Shown: in pieces, positions 8,925 through 18,867 of the stretch
How the letters are laid out: each line of letters begins with the position of its first letter
How positions within the stretch are numbered: the stretch's first letter is position 1
NCBI GenBank assembly: GCA_965201155.1
Contig: OZ241752.1
Span: 719,047 to 783,046, forward strand
Direction of reading: 5' to 3'
DNA length: 64,000 nt
Origin: Alphaproteobacteria bacterium
GTDB taxonomy: Bacteria > Pseudomonadota > Alphaproteobacteria > UBA7887
Notes under the pieces: generated by a model
Database searches by the model: none
The model's input: only the letters and a program-made list of their open reading frames with translations
What the model was told of the DNA's origin: nothing
Translations under genes and position numbers: made by a program

Positions 8925-11178
8925 GGGCGGCGAAGGTGGCGAAATTGACGATATCGGCGACAGTCGCGCCGAGCGGCACGATCTGCACCGGCTTTTCCAT
9001 GCCCATCAACAGCGGCCCCAGGACCGTGCCGCCGCCGAGTTCCTGAAGCAGTTTGGTGGAAATGTTGGCGCTGTGGAGGGCGGGCATCACCAGCACGTTG
9101 GCCGGACCCGACAGGCGGCAGAACGGATAGAGTTCGCGAAGGTCCGTGTTGAGCGCCACATCGGCGGCGATTTCGCCGTCATATTCAAAATCGACGCCGC
9201 GCTGGTCGAGCAGCTCGATAGCTTCGCGCACACGGACCCCGCGCTCGCGCAGCGGGTTGCCATAGGTGGAGAAAGACAACAGGGCGACGCGGGGTTCGTG
9301 CCCCATCTCGCGCGCCTTGGCGGCGCTTTGGCAAGCAATATCCGCCAGTTCTGCCGGCGTCGGCAGTTCCGTCACCGTGGAATCCGCAATAAACACGGTC
9401 CGGTCACGCATCACGGCAATGGAAAGGCCGAGACGCATTTCACCGCGGCGCGGATCGAGCACACGGCTGATTTCCTCCAGCGCCACATAGTAGCTGCGGG
9501 TAATGCCTGTCACCATGCCGTCAGCATGGCCATGTGCTACCATGCAGGCGCCGAACACATTGCGGTCCTGGTTCACCATGCGCTGGCAATCGCGGTGAAG
9601 ATATCCTTCACGCTGCAAGCGGGCATAGAGAAAGTCGGTGTAGTCCGTGTTTCGCTTGCTGAGCCGCGCATTGTGAATTTCGAGGCCCGGTGTTTCACGC
9701 AAGCCGATAGCCGCCATGGTTTCGTGAATGCGGTGCTCCCGCCCGATCAGCAAGGAAGTGCCGAAGCCGTTGGCGCTCCATTGAAGCGCGGCGCGGATGA
9801 CCTTTTCCTCCTCACCCTCGGCGAAAACGAGCCGCATGGGGTTGGCATGAACCTGCGCCTGAATGCGGTGCATGCTGGCGGCGGTGGGGTCGAGACGGGC
9901 CTCAAGCTCATGCTGGTACTGGTCAAAGTCGGTGATGGGGCGGCCGGCGACGCCGCTGTCCATCGCCGCGCGCGCCACCGCCATCGGCACACGTGAAATG
10001 AGGCGCGGGTCGAACGGTTTGGGGATGATGTAATCAGGGCCGTACTGGAGTCTCTGCGCGCCGTAGGCGTTGGCGACCTCGTCGGGCACATCCTCGCGCG
10101 CCAGTTCTGCAAGGGCATAGGCCGCGGCCACCTTCATGGCGTCGTTTATGGTGGTCGCGCGAACATCGAGCGCGCCGCGAAAGATATAGGGAAACCCCAG
10201 CACGTTGTTGACCTGATTGGGGTAGTCGGAGCGCCCGGTGGCCATGATGGCGTCGCCGCGCACGGCGGCAACCGCTTCCGGCGTGATTTCGGGGTCGGGG
10301 TTGGCCATGGCGAAAATGACGGGCCGCGCCGACATGGACCGCACCATGTCCGCTGTTACCGCATTCCTGACCGACAGGCCGAAAAATACGTCCGCGCCAG
10401 CCACCGCTTCTTCCAGGGTGCGCAGCGGGGTATCGACGGCATGAGCGGACTTCCACTGGTTCATGCCGGCTTCGCGGCCCTGATAGACGACCCCGCGCGT
10501 GTCACAGAGAATGGCGTGGTCGTGAGGCAGGCCCATCTGCTTGAGAAGTTCGAGGCAGGCTATGCCGGCGGCGCCGGCGCCGTTGCACACCACACGCGCC
10601 TCCGCGAGGCCTCGCCCGGTAAGATGCAGGGCGTTGACGAGACCGGCGGCGGCAATGATTGCGGTGCCGTGCTGGTCGTCGTGAAACACGGGCACATCCA
10701 GCGTTTCGCGCAGGCGCTGCTCGATGATGAAGCATTCCGGCGCCTTGATGTCCTCAAGGTTGATCCCGCCCCAGCTCTTGCCGAGAAACCGCACGCAATT
10801 GACGAATTCGTCGACATCTTCGGTATCGACTTCGAGGTCTATGCCGTCAATATCGGCGAAGCGCTTGAACAGGACCGCCTTCCCTTCCATGACCGGCTTG
10901 GACGGCAGGGCTCCCAGATTGCCGAGACCGAGGACAGCGGTGCCGTTGGAAATCACGGCAACGATATTGCCGCGCGAAGTGTAATCGTAGGAGACTTCCG
11001 GCGCTTTCTCGATTTCCAGACAGGGCGCGGCAACGCCGGGAGAATAGGCGAGCGACAGGTCATGCGCCGTGGTCAGCGGCTTGGTCGCCTGAATCTCGAT
11101 TTTCCCGGGTTTGCCGGCGGCATGAAACGCCAAGGCGTCGGCGTCGGTGACTTGCACGGAGACGGATGGTCTGGGCAT
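8887..11178 (-). CDS. maeB: NADP-dependent malic enzyme: malic enzyme domain fused to a phosphotransacetylase-like domain
   Basis: 763 aa. The N-terminal malic enzyme NAD(P)-binding region and the C-terminal PTA-like domain match the characteristic MaeB architecture. Confidence 0.9.
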   Translation of the reverse strand: MPRPSVSVQVTDADALAFHAAGKPGKIEIQATKPLTTAHDLSLAYSPGVAAPCLEIEKAPEVSYDYTSRGNIVAVISNGTAVLGLGNLGALPSKPVMEGKAVLFKRFADIDGIDLEVDTEDVDEFVNCVRFLGKSWGGINLEDIKAPECFIIEQRLRETLDVPVFHDDQHGTAIIAAAGLVNALHLTGRGLAEARVVCNGAGAAGIACLELLKQMGLPHDHAILCDTRGVVYQGREAGMNQWKSAHAVDTPLRTLEEAVAGADVFFGLSVRNAVTADMVRSMSARPVIFAMANPDPEITPEAVAAVRGDAIMATGRSDYPNQVNNVLGFPYIFRGALDVRATTINDAMKVAAAYALAELAREDVPDEVANAYGAQRLQYGPDYIIPKPFDPRLISRVPMAVARAAMDSGVAGRPITDFDQYQHELEARLDPTAASMHRIQAQVHANPMRLVFAEGEEEKVIRAALQWSANGFGTSLLIGREHRIHETMAAIGLRETPGLEIHNARLSKRNTDYTDFLYARLQREGYLHRDCQRMVNQDRNVFGACMVAHGHADGMVTGITRSYYVALEEISRVLDPRRGEMRLGLSIAVMRDRTVFIADSTVTELPTPAELADIACQSAAKAREMGHEPRVALLSFSTYGNPLRERGVRVREAIELLDQRGVDFEYDGEIAADVALNTDLRELYPFCRLSGPANVLVMPALHSANISTKLLQELGGGTVLGPLLMGMEKPVQIVPLGATVADIVNFATFAAHEAIRNRARAPA

Positions 11179-11269
11179 CAGCCGGGTACGCCTGTTTCAG
11201 CGTCTGTTCAATAACTTGGCGACACTCTAAGCTTTGCTTTCAAAGCCGTAAAGCAGCGCAAGGCCAGGA

Positions 11270-13957
11270 TTGTTCATAGCCATGCCCCGAGAGGCGCCAA
11301 CAACGAAGCGGCGGCAGCCGCCCCCCGCCACCCCGATGATGGCGCAGTATCTTGACATCAAAAGCCGCCACAAGGACGCCCTGTTGTTTTACCGCATGGG
11401 CGACTTTTATGAAATGTTTTTCGATGACGCAGTGCAGGCGGCTGCAACTCTCGATATCACCCTGACTCGCCGGGGCCGGCACAAGGACGCTGATATTCCG
11501 ATGTGCGGTGTACCGGTCCACAGTCACGAGTCCTATCTGGAACGCTTGATTCGCGCTGGATACAAGGTTGCCATTTGCGAGCAGACGGAAGAGCCGGAGA
11601 AAGCGCGCGAGCGCGGCTCAAAATCTGTCGTGGCGCGCGAAGTCATTCGCGTCATCACCCCCGGCACACTGACCGAGGACAATCTGCTGGATGCGCGCGC
11701 GCATAACCATCTAGCGGCGGTGGCGTGTGTGAACGGTGCCTGGGGCGCTGCGTGGCTTGAAATGTCAACCGGCGAGTTCACAGTCGCGGCGCCGCGGCCG
11801 GACGGGGTGGCCGCACTGCTGGCACAGGTTTCACCCGGCGAACTGCTGGCGCCGGAGGTATTGGGCGACACGCCGGCGCTGCGGGCGTGGGATACCGTGC
11901 TGACCACACTGCCGGCGGTGCGCTTCGATTCCGCCGGCGCGGCGCGGCGGCTCGGCGAAATCTACCGTGTCGCCACGCTCGACTCGTTCGGGAATTTCAG
12001 CCGCGCCGAAATCGCCGCCGCCGGCGCCCTGATCGACTATGTGGACCTGACGCAAAAAGGACGGCGCGCGCGCCTGGCCCCGCCGCGCCGGCAGGAAGAC
12101 GGCGCGGTCATGGCGATCGACGCCGCCACACGCCGCAATCTGGAACTGGTGACCGCGCTGGACGGAAAGCGCCGGGGCAGTCTGCTCGATGTGATCGACC
12201 GCACGCAGACCGCCGGCGGCGGGCGCCTGCTGGCGGCGCGGCTGGCAGCTCCCCTTACCGATATCGCCGCAATCGATGCCCGCCTCGACTCGGTGGGGTT
12301 TTTCGCGGCCGTCGATACGGCACGGGAGGCGGTGCGGGACAGTCTGGCGAACTGCCCCGACCTGGAACGGGCGCTCAGCCGCATTTGCGTGGGACGCGGC
12401 GGGCCACGTGATCTCGCGGCGCTGCGCGACACGCTCCAGCGCGCCGCTGCGCTGGCGGCCGCCCTGCGGACCGCAGGCGCGGACGGGCTGGCACCTCTGC
12501 CGGCGGCGCTGGCGGCCGCGGTATCGCGCCTCGGCCCGCATGATGTGCTGATCGACCGGCTGACCCGGGCGTTGGGCCCGAACCCGCCGCTGCTCGCCCG
12601 CGACGGCGGCTTCATCGCCGCCGGCTATGCCGAGGCGCTCGACGAACAGCGCACGCTGCGCGACGAAAGCCGGCGCCTGATCAGCGGCTTGCAGACGAAC
12701 TACGCGAAAGAGACGGGCATCGCGGCGCTGAAGATCAAGCACAACAATGTCCTGGGGTATTTTGTCGAGGTCAACGCCGGCAGCGGCAGGCGGCTGCTGG
12801 ACAATGACGGGTTCATCCACCGGCAGACCATGGCCAGCGCCATGCGTTTCACCACCACGGCGCTGGCAGAACTCGCGGACAATATCGCCCGTGCCGCGGA
12901 CCGGGCGCTGGCCATCGAACTGGAATTGTTCAACGACCTGACGGGTGAAGTGACGGCGCGCGCCGACGATATCGCGGCCAGCGCACGGGCGCTGGCCAAA
13001 ATTGACGTGGCAGCGGCAGGCGCGGTGCTGACGGCAGAACGGAATTACTGCCGGCCTGTGGTGGATACCAGTCGTGACTTTTCGGTTTCGGGTGGGCGCC
13101 ACCCGGTGGTGGAAGCGTTGGCGGTCGACGGCGCCGCAGGTTTTGTCGCCAATGACTGCACCCTGGCCGATGAAGGGCGGCTTTGGTTGCTCACCGGCCC
13201 GAACATGGCCGGCAAAAGTACCTTCCTGCGGCAAAACGCCCTGATCGCGGTGCTCGCGCAAGCAGGCTGCCATGTTCCTGCGCAGGCCTGCCGGATCGGC
13301 GCGGTGGACCGTTTGTTTAGCCGCGTCGGCGCCGCCGACGATCTGGCGCGCGGGCGCTCCACATTCATGGTCGAAATGGTGGAAACAGCAGCCATCCTGA
13401 ATCAGGCCGGGCAGCGGGCGCTGGTCATCCTCGATGAAATCGGGCGCGGCACTGCGACATGGGACGGATTATCGATCGCGTGGGCGACGATCGAGCATTT
13501 GCACGCGGTGAATCGCTGCCGCGCACTGTTTGCCACGCATTATCACGAACTGACCGGGTTGGCAGACACGCTGGACCATCTTGCCTGCTACACCATGCGG
13601 GTGCAGGAATGGCAGGGCGAAGCGGTATTTCTGTACGAGGTCGCCGCGGGCGCCGCCGACCGTTCCTATGGCATCCACGTCGCGCAGCTGGCGGGAATGC
13701 CGGCGGCCGTGATTGCGCGGGCGGAGGCAGTCCTGAAACTGCTGGAAAGTGATGGCCAGCGTCCGTCCGCAGCGCGGATTACCGATGATCTGCCGCTGTT
13801 CGCTGCAGCACGGCAGGTGCCCGAAGCGTCCTGCGAAGCGGCAGAGACCGAGCCGCCGGCGGTGGCGCTGCTGCGTTCCGTCGATGCCGACTCCCTGACG
13901 CCGCGCGACGCGCTGGAGCTTGTATACCGCTTGCGGGAAATGCTGGACGGCGCCTGA
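11270..13957 (+). CDS. mutS: DNA mismatch repair protein MutS
   Basis: Contains MMAQYLDIK...[15 protein letters not shown] (mismatch-binding domain) and Walker [10 protein letters not shown]. The start may be the internal ATG at about 11333. Confidence 0.95.
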   Translation: MFIAMPREAPTTKRRQPPPATPMMAQYLDIKSRHKDALLFYRMGDFYEMFFDDAVQAAATLDITLTRRGRHKDADIPMCGVPVHSHESYLERLIRAGYKVAICEQTEEPEKARERGSKSVVAREVIRVITPGTLTEDNLLDARAHNHLAAVACVNGAWGAAWLEMSTGEFTVAAPRPDGVAALLAQVSPGELLAPEVLGDTPALRAWDTVLTTLPAVRFDSAGAARRLGEIYRVATLDSFGNFSRAEIAAAGALIDYVDLTQKGRRARLAPPRRQEDGAVMAIDAATRRNLELVTALDGKRRGSLLDVIDRTQTAGGGRLLAARLAAPLTDIAAIDARLDSVGFFAAVDTAREAVRDSLANCPDLERALSRICVGRGGPRDLAALRDTLQRAAALAAALRTAGADGLAPLPAALAAAVSRLGPHDVLIDRLTRALGPNPPLLARDGGFIAAGYAEALDEQRTLRDESRRLISGLQTNYAKETGIAALKIKHNNVLGYFVEVNAGSGRRLLDNDGFIHRQTMASAMRFTTTALAELADNIARAADRALAIELELFNDLTGEVTARADDIAASARALAKIDVAAAGAVLTAERNYCRPVVDTSRDFSVSGGRHPVVEALAVDGAAGFVANDCTLADEGRLWLLTGPNMAGKSTFLRQNALIAVLAQAGCHVPAQACRIGAVDRLFSRVGAADDLARGRSTFMVEMVETAAILNQAGQRALVILDEIGRGTATWDGLSIAWATIEHLHAVNRCRALFATHYHELTGLADTLDHLACYTMRVQEWQGEAVFLYEVAAGAADRSYGIHVAQLAGMPAAVIARAEAVLKLLESDGQRPSAARITDDLPLFAAARQVPEASCEAAETEPPAVALLRSVDADSLTPRDALELVYRLREMLDGA

Positions 13958-13980
13958 ACGGCGCGTCGCGCGGCGTCAGG

Positions 13981-15015
13981 CTATCGCCGTTTCCGGCGCT
14001 GGCGCCGCCAAGCCCTGATATAGGCCTTGCAATGCTCGTCGCGGCCGGTCAGCACATCTTCGGCAAGGCGGTAGCTTTCCGACTCGCGGTCGATCGCGAA
14101 GACTTCGGGCGGGAAACTCGAAACGGGATTGATGATTCCGCTGTCAGCTCCGGCCTCCACCGCCATGATCATAAACACGTCATTAATCGTCTTGCGCGCC
14201 GGAATGCCGAACGACACGTTGGAAAAACCGCCGGTGATATGAATTTCCGGCCCGTGGCGCGCGCGCAGCCCGCGAATCGCATCAATACCGTGGGCACCAA
14301 ATGCGCCGTCCACCGAGATGGGGAAATATAGCGGGTCGATGTAGATTTCGGAATCCGGGAATCCGAGCTTCCGCGCTGCGTCCACCATGCGCGAGGCGTT
14401 GTCGATGCGAGCCTCCGCGCTGTCGGGCATCCCGGTATCGCCGGCTGCCGTCACCACCACTTCCGCGTTATGCCGGCGCGCGAGATCCAGCGCATCCTTG
14501 CGCTCCAGCGACGCCGAATTGAGCAGCGGGCGCGGCCCTGCCGGATCGCTCGCCTCCAGGCCGGCAGCTATGATGTCCACGTTCGATGAGTCCACGGAAA
14601 CCGGCCGCGCGCTCAAGTCCTGAACAAACCGCACCAACCATGCGATCGCCGCTGTCTGTTCGTCGAACCGCACCGAAATTTCATCGACATTCACATCGAG
14701 AAAATCCGCCTCCGACGCTTCCTGCGCCCGGATGATGGAGCGCAGATACCGCGCGCATTCGTCATCACCCTCCATGGCGCCGCGCACGGCGATCATCACA
14801 TGCTTCACGCGCCCTTCGTCATAGTCCTGCGTGCGCTGCGCCCAGTCCGGAACCGGCAGCAGGCGCGGCTCGCCATCGGCGTCGGTGTAGCGGACGGCCG
14901 GTCCGCCTGCATCCTCCGGTGCGAAGCGACCGCCGCGTTTCATGACCACACGGGTCGTGTGCATGTTTTCGCCGATGACGACGAATTCGCCATTGGGGGC
15001 GGCGTCTAGCTTCAT
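13981..15015 (-). CDS. pterin-binding (DHPS/MtrH-like) methyltransferase. Probable role: methylcorrinoid:tetrahydrofolate methyltransferase (MT II).
   Basis: 344 aa TIM-barrel pterin-binding family protein (GENMHTT near the N-terminus). It is the last gene of the operon containing a corrinoid protein and a RACo activator. Confidence 0.7.
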   Translation of the reverse strand: MKLDAAPNGEFVVIGENMHTTRVVMKRGGRFAPEDAGGPAVRYTDADGEPRLLPVPDWAQRTQDYDEGRVKHVMIAVRGAMEGDDECARYLRSIIRAQEASEADFLDVNVDEISVRFDEQTAAIAWLVRFVQDLSARPVSVDSSNVDIIAAGLEASDPAGPRPLLNSASLERKDALDLARRHNAEVVVTAAGDTGMPDSAEARIDNASRMVDAARKLGFPDSEIYIDPLYFPISVDGAFGAHGIDAIRGLRARHGPEIHITGGFSNVSFGIPARKTINDVFMIMAVEAGADSGIINPVSSFPPEVFAIDRESESYRLAEDVLTGRDEHCKAYIRAWRRQRRKRR

Positions 15016-16673
15016 CCCGTCCTCCGTCGCGGCACCGGCGCCGCGAAACGCGCCGGCATGGGTTTGAACTGGCAGCCGTCGACGAACAACTCGAAAAAAT
15101 CAGGCGTCATTTCCAGTTCCACATGTTCGATCTTCTTCACCAGCGCTTCCAGCCGCAGCCGCTCGGGCGCCGACAGGAGCACCATTCGTGCGCCGGCGGC
15201 AGCGGCGTTGCCCACCTTGTCGATGCGTTCCACCGGAACCGGCGCCAGCAACCCGATATCGATCGCGTTTCGCGGGTCCACATAGGTTGCGAACCCGCCC
15301 GCGAGATAGAGTTTGTCTATCGCCTGCGGGTCGATGCCCAGTTGGCGCAGGACAATAAATTGTCCGCAATAGTTCGCGGCCTTGGCCTGACCGAGATTGC
15401 TCGCGTCGCGGCGCGAAAACGCGATTCCCCGCTCGCGCACCAGCGGAAGCGCGAACACCTTGCGCCCGGCGGCGAACACGCCTTTTGCCGTCATCATGCC
15501 GTGACGGCGCAATTCCGCCAGCAAATCGATGAGGCCCGATCCGCACAGCCCGTCGGGCGGCCTGTCGCCGATGGTTTGCCACGAGAAACCGTCGCCTGCC
15601 ACTGAAATGGACTCGATCGCGCCCGCCACTGCGGGCATTCCATATTCGACGAGCCCGCCCTCGAAGGCAGGGCCGGCAGGGCATGACGCAGCGGCAATGC
15701 GCCCGCCTGCCGCCACCACAACTTCCGTATTGGTACCCATGTCCACCAGCATCACCGCTTCGCCGGTGTGCTCGGAGAGACCGATGGCAGCGAGGCACGC
15801 TGCCGTATCAGCGCCGACATGACTGGCAATCAGCGGTGGGCTGTAGGCCCGGGCCCGGCGGTTGACCCGCAGGCCCAGCGACCAGGCATCAACCGACAGC
15901 GCAGTACTGTCTCGCCGCCCTGCGGCAAACTCATATTCCACCAATGATTTGTATGGCTTCTGGCCAATCGACTGCACATCATGGCCGAAGAAAATATCGC
16001 GCATTGTCGTATTGCCGGCAATCACGATCTCGTAAATCTCGCGGCGGGCAATGCCGTGGCGGCGCGCCAGATTCCGGATTTCGCGATTGAGTGCGGTGAC
16101 GACGGCCTGCTGAAGTTCTCCCTGCCCCGCCTCCCCGGCATAGGAGATGCGCGTCATCACGTCGCTGCCGGCAAAACGCTGCGGGTTTTCGAACGCCACC
16201 GCCGCCACCGACTCACCGGTTTCCAGATCGACCAGGTCCATTACCACCGTGGTCGTTCCGAGATCGACGGCAAGGCCGAGAATGCGTCCGCGATAGTGGT
16301 CGACGAGGGCGTCACCGTAAAACACATCGCCGCCGCGCCGCGTCACCATGGGAGCGCGGTCGAGGGTCGCGCGAGGCGCGCCTACAGTGACGATGCGCGG
16401 CCGCCGCCGCAGGGGGGCAAACACCACCTCGACATCGTCTGCGACGAGCACCGCCTGACAGGCCAGCCGATAGGGGTCGCGCAAGAAGGATTCCGCTTCG
16501 CTGCGCGGATTCAGCGCATCCATCCCGCGCGTGACTTCGACCACGCATTCGTGACAGCGTCCCGTGCGGCGGCATGAGGTAGCGACTTCGACCGCCAGTG
16601 CATCGGCATAGTCGAAAATGCTGCGCCCCACCGTCGCGCGATGCGCTGTGCCGTCGTGGCGAACCTGGCTCAC
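15012..16673 (-). CDS. reductive activator of corrinoid proteins (RACo-like): N-terminal 2Fe-2S ferredoxin domain plus ASKHA ATPase domain
   Basis: N-terminal plant-type ferredoxin Cys pattern C-x4-C-x2-C...C (CRRTGRCHEC...C). Large C-terminal acetate/sugar-kinase-like domain (DLGTTTVV, DMGTNTE). Coding regions overlap with both flanking genes. Confidence 0.75.
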   Translation of the reverse strand: MSQVRHDGTAHRATVGRSIFDYADALAVEVATSCRRTGRCHECVVEVTRGMDALNPRSEAESFLRDPYRLACQAVLVADDVEVVFAPLRRRPRIVTVGAPRATLDRAPMVTRRGGDVFYGDALVDHYRGRILGLAVDLGTTTVVMDLVDLETGESVAAVAFENPQRFAGSDVMTRISYAGEAGQGELQQAVVTALNREIRNLARRHGIARREIYEIVIAGNTTMRDIFFGHDVQSIGQKPYKSLVEYEFAAGRRDSTALSVDAWSLGLRVNRRARAYSPPLIASHVGADTAACLAAIGLSEHTGEAVMLVDMGTNTEVVVAAGGRIAAASCPAGPAFEGGLVEYGMPAVAGAIESISVAGDGFSWQTIGDRPPDGLCGSGLIDLLAELRRHGMMTAKGVFAAGRKVFALPLVRERGIAFSRRDASNLGQAKAANYCGQFIVLRQLGIDPQAIDKLYLAGGFATYVDPRNAIDIGLLAPVPVERIDKVGNAAAAGARMVLLSAPERLRLEALVKKIEHVELEMTPDFFELFVDGCQFKPMPARFAAPVPRRRTG

Positions 16674-16990
16674 GCGTCGTCTGTGCGGCGTCGGGCGGCA
16701 GCGCGCTCGCGAATGGTCCTGATCCGGCGTTTCGCGCGCTCACGGCTGTCAGGGCGGGTTTCCCACGCCAGCCGATAGTCGAAGCGCCCGTCATGAGTGC
16801 AAGCGGGTCGTTCGCCGTCCCCCATATCCAGCTGGCTGCGGCAGCGAATATGTGCGGTACAGCGGTCGTGCCGGTCGCGATAGGGGCAGCGCGTCTGCGC
16901 CTGCACCTCGGCATGGCCGACCATTTCGCCGAATATCTCGGTGATGCGGTCCAACCGCTTCTGCAGTTCGTCCTTGTCGGGTTTGGGCAT
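16670..16990 (-). CDS. small Cys/His-rich hypothetical protein within the corrinoid methyltransferase operon
   Basis: 106-aa ORF that overlaps the RACo start by 4 bp and lies 21 bp downstream of the corrinoid protein gene. Eight Cys/His residues cluster in the middle region and the C-terminus is basic. No family was recognised. Confidence 0.35.
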   Translation of the reverse strand: MPKPDKDELQKRLDRITEIFGEMVGHAEVQAQTRCPYRDRHDRCTAHIRCRSQLDMGDGERPACTHDGRFDYRLAWETRPDSRERAKRRIRTIRERAAARRRTDDA

Positions 16991-17011
16991 GGCGGTGAAA
17001 CGGCGTACCGG

Positions 17012-17761
17012 TCAATCGTCGGCTGTAGACAGTTCCTTCGCCAGCGCGACACAGGCGAGCGCGTCCTTGCCATAGCCGTCCGCGCCCATATCGTCGGCAA
17101 ATTCCTGCGTTACCGGCGCACCGCCGACCATGATGCGCACATCGTCGCGCAGGTCGGCATCGATGAAGGCTTCGATGGTCTTGCCCATATTCGGCATGGT
17201 CGTGGTCAGCAGCGCCGACATCCCCAAAACGCGCGCATCATGTTCCTCGACCGCCTCGATGAAGTCGTCCTCCGAGGTGTCGACCCCCAGATCGTGCACC
17301 ACAAACCCGGCGCCGCGCAGCATCATGATGCAGAGATTCTTGCCGATATCGTGCAGGTCGCCTTTTACCGTTCCCATCACCACGGTACCGATGGGTTCGA
17401 TCCCCGACGCCGACAGGATCGGTTCGATATGACCCATTCCCGCCTTCATCGCCCGGGCGCAGGCCAGCACTTCGGGAACGAAGATGAAGTTTTCCCGAAA
17501 CTTGATCCCCACAATCCCCATGCCGGCGATAAGCCCGTCATCCATGATCTCCAGCGCTTCGATACCTTCGTCGAGCGCCTGGCGGGTCAGTGCGTCCACT
17601 TCATCATCGTCGCCTTCAATGATACCCGCGGCAATGGCCTGCATGAGCGGGCGGATACGCGCAAAAAGCTCGATGTTGCGGGTGATTTCCTCTGGCCGCT
17701 CAAGATATTCCTCGATTTCGTCACGAATGATTTCGTTGCTGATATCGCCTAGTTCGGCCAC
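17012..17761 (-). CDS. corrinoid (cobalamin-binding) protein for a methyltransferase system
   Basis: B12-binding domain motifs DxHxxG (GDLHDIGKN), SALLTTT and GG (MVGGAP). Preceded by the N-terminal helical cap domain typical of MtaC/MtmC/MtbC-type proteins. Confidence 0.85.
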   Translation of the reverse strand: MAELGDISNEIIRDEIEEYLERPEEITRNIELFARIRPLMQAIAAGIIEGDDDEVDALTRQALDEGIEALEIMDDGLIAGMGIVGIKFRENFIFVPEVLACARAMKAGMGHIEPILSASGIEPIGTVVMGTVKGDLHDIGKNLCIMMLRGAGFVVHDLGVDTSEDDFIEAVEEHDARVLGMSALLTTTMPNMGKTIEAFIDADLRDDVRIMVGGAPVTQEFADDMGADGYGKDALACVALAKELSTADD

Positions 17762-17782
17762 CGCGCCCTCCCGCCCTGCAGC

Positions 17783-18829
17783 CTATTGGAGCGGTGAGCG
17801 CGCGTTATGCCAATCGCGCACGGCTAGCGGAATCTCGCGCAGATTTTCGATCGGAGCCTGCAACGGCACGGCGCATTCCGGCCCGATCGCCTGCACTCCC
17901 GCCTCGAGATTGGCGAACACTTCCGCACGCACTTCTTCCGGCCCGCGCGCAAACAGGGTTTCCGGGTTGTTGATATTGCCGACCAGCGCGATATCGCCGT
18001 GAACGGCGTCCATCGACTCTTCGGGAGGGTTCTTGGAGTCGAAATGGAAGGCGGCCATGCCGGTTTCGGCAATGAACGGCATGCGGTCAACCGTGCGTCC
18101 GCATATGTGCAGGATCAGCGGGATCGGCAGGCGTTCGGCGAATTCCTGATGAAGCTCTTTCAGAAACCGGTCGTAATATTCGCCGCTTACCAGGTCGCCG
18201 GTAGCGTGGTCGGGCAAGGTCAGTGCATCGGCCCCGGCCTCGATCTGCGCGCGGCCAAACTGTATCGTTACTTCTTTGAGCCGTTCGAGCACCAGTTGCG
18301 CCCGTCCCGGATCGTCCAGCGTCAGGAGCAGGAACGGCTCCACGCCGAAACAATGATAGGCGAGCGACCATGGCCCCATTGTCTTGCCGATGATCGCCAC
18401 TTCGTCGCCGAAGCGCCGGCGCAGGATCTTGATCGACTCGATGACGCAGGTCATGTCCGGATGAAGGAGCAGATCGTTCGGGATGGCGATCTCGTCCGCG
18501 TCCGTCCAGATCGGCTCACGCATGCGCACGGTCGGCCAGTTGTCCTTTTGCTCCCACTGCATCTTGCAGCCCAGCGCCGAAGACTCCTGAATGATCGAAA
18601 AGACGGGCATGATGGAATCAAACCCGAGATCGGTATAGCTGGTGGCAGCGAGGCGGGCCATCAATTCCGGGTCGCGATTGGCAACCGGAAACGGGGCTTC
18701 CACAAGGTCCATCAATTCGACGGTCGCCACCGATGTGGGGTTGCACACCGGCGTGCGGTCAACCGGTTGGCGCGCCAGCGCCGCCAGCACCCGTTCCCGC
18801 GAAGTCATCGACGCTACCTTTTCGGTCAT
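17783..18829 (-). CDS. uroporphyrinogen-decarboxylase-family methyltransferase (MtaA/CmuA-like). Probable role: zinc-dependent substrate:corrinoid methyltransferase (MT I).
   Basis: 348 aa, URO-D fold. H-x-C-G zinc-ligand motif (ILHICGRT) and a downstream Cys (GPECAVP) as in MtaA. First enzymatic gene of the operon. Confidence 0.8.
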   Translation of the reverse strand: MTEKVASMTSRERVLAALARQPVDRTPVCNPTSVATVELMDLVEAPFPVANRDPELMARLAATSYTDLGFDSIMPVFSIIQESSALGCKMQWEQKDNWPTVRMREPIWTDADEIAIPNDLLLHPDMTCVIESIKILRRRFGDEVAIIGKTMGPWSLAYHCFGVEPFLLLTLDDPGRAQLVLERLKEVTIQFGRAQIEAGADALTLPDHATGDLVSGEYYDRFLKELHQEFAERLPIPLILHICGRTVDRMPFIAETGMAAFHFDSKNPPEESMDAVHGDIALVGNINNPETLFARGPEEVRAEVFANLEAGVQAIGPECAVPLQAPIENLREIPLAVRDWHNARSPLQ

Positions 18830-18867
18830 ATCGGCCTCCCGCTTCCTCGAAGCATTCCCGGGTGTGT

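Noticed and set aside
11831-13273. A 480-aa minus-strand ORF inside mutS. Similar large antisense ORFs occur opposite hyuA (50009..52465), opposite the AsnB-like gene (55151..56875) and opposite clpA.
   Set aside because: They are antisense shadows typical of 65% GC DNA, with no motifs and biased Arg/Ala/Gly composition. The sense-strand genes are unambiguous.
13957-13985. A hairpin between convergent mutS and the MtrH-like gene, considered as a terminator.
   Set aside because: The stem is imperfect (ctgaacggcgcg...cgcggcgtcag) and there is no U-tract; support is too weak.
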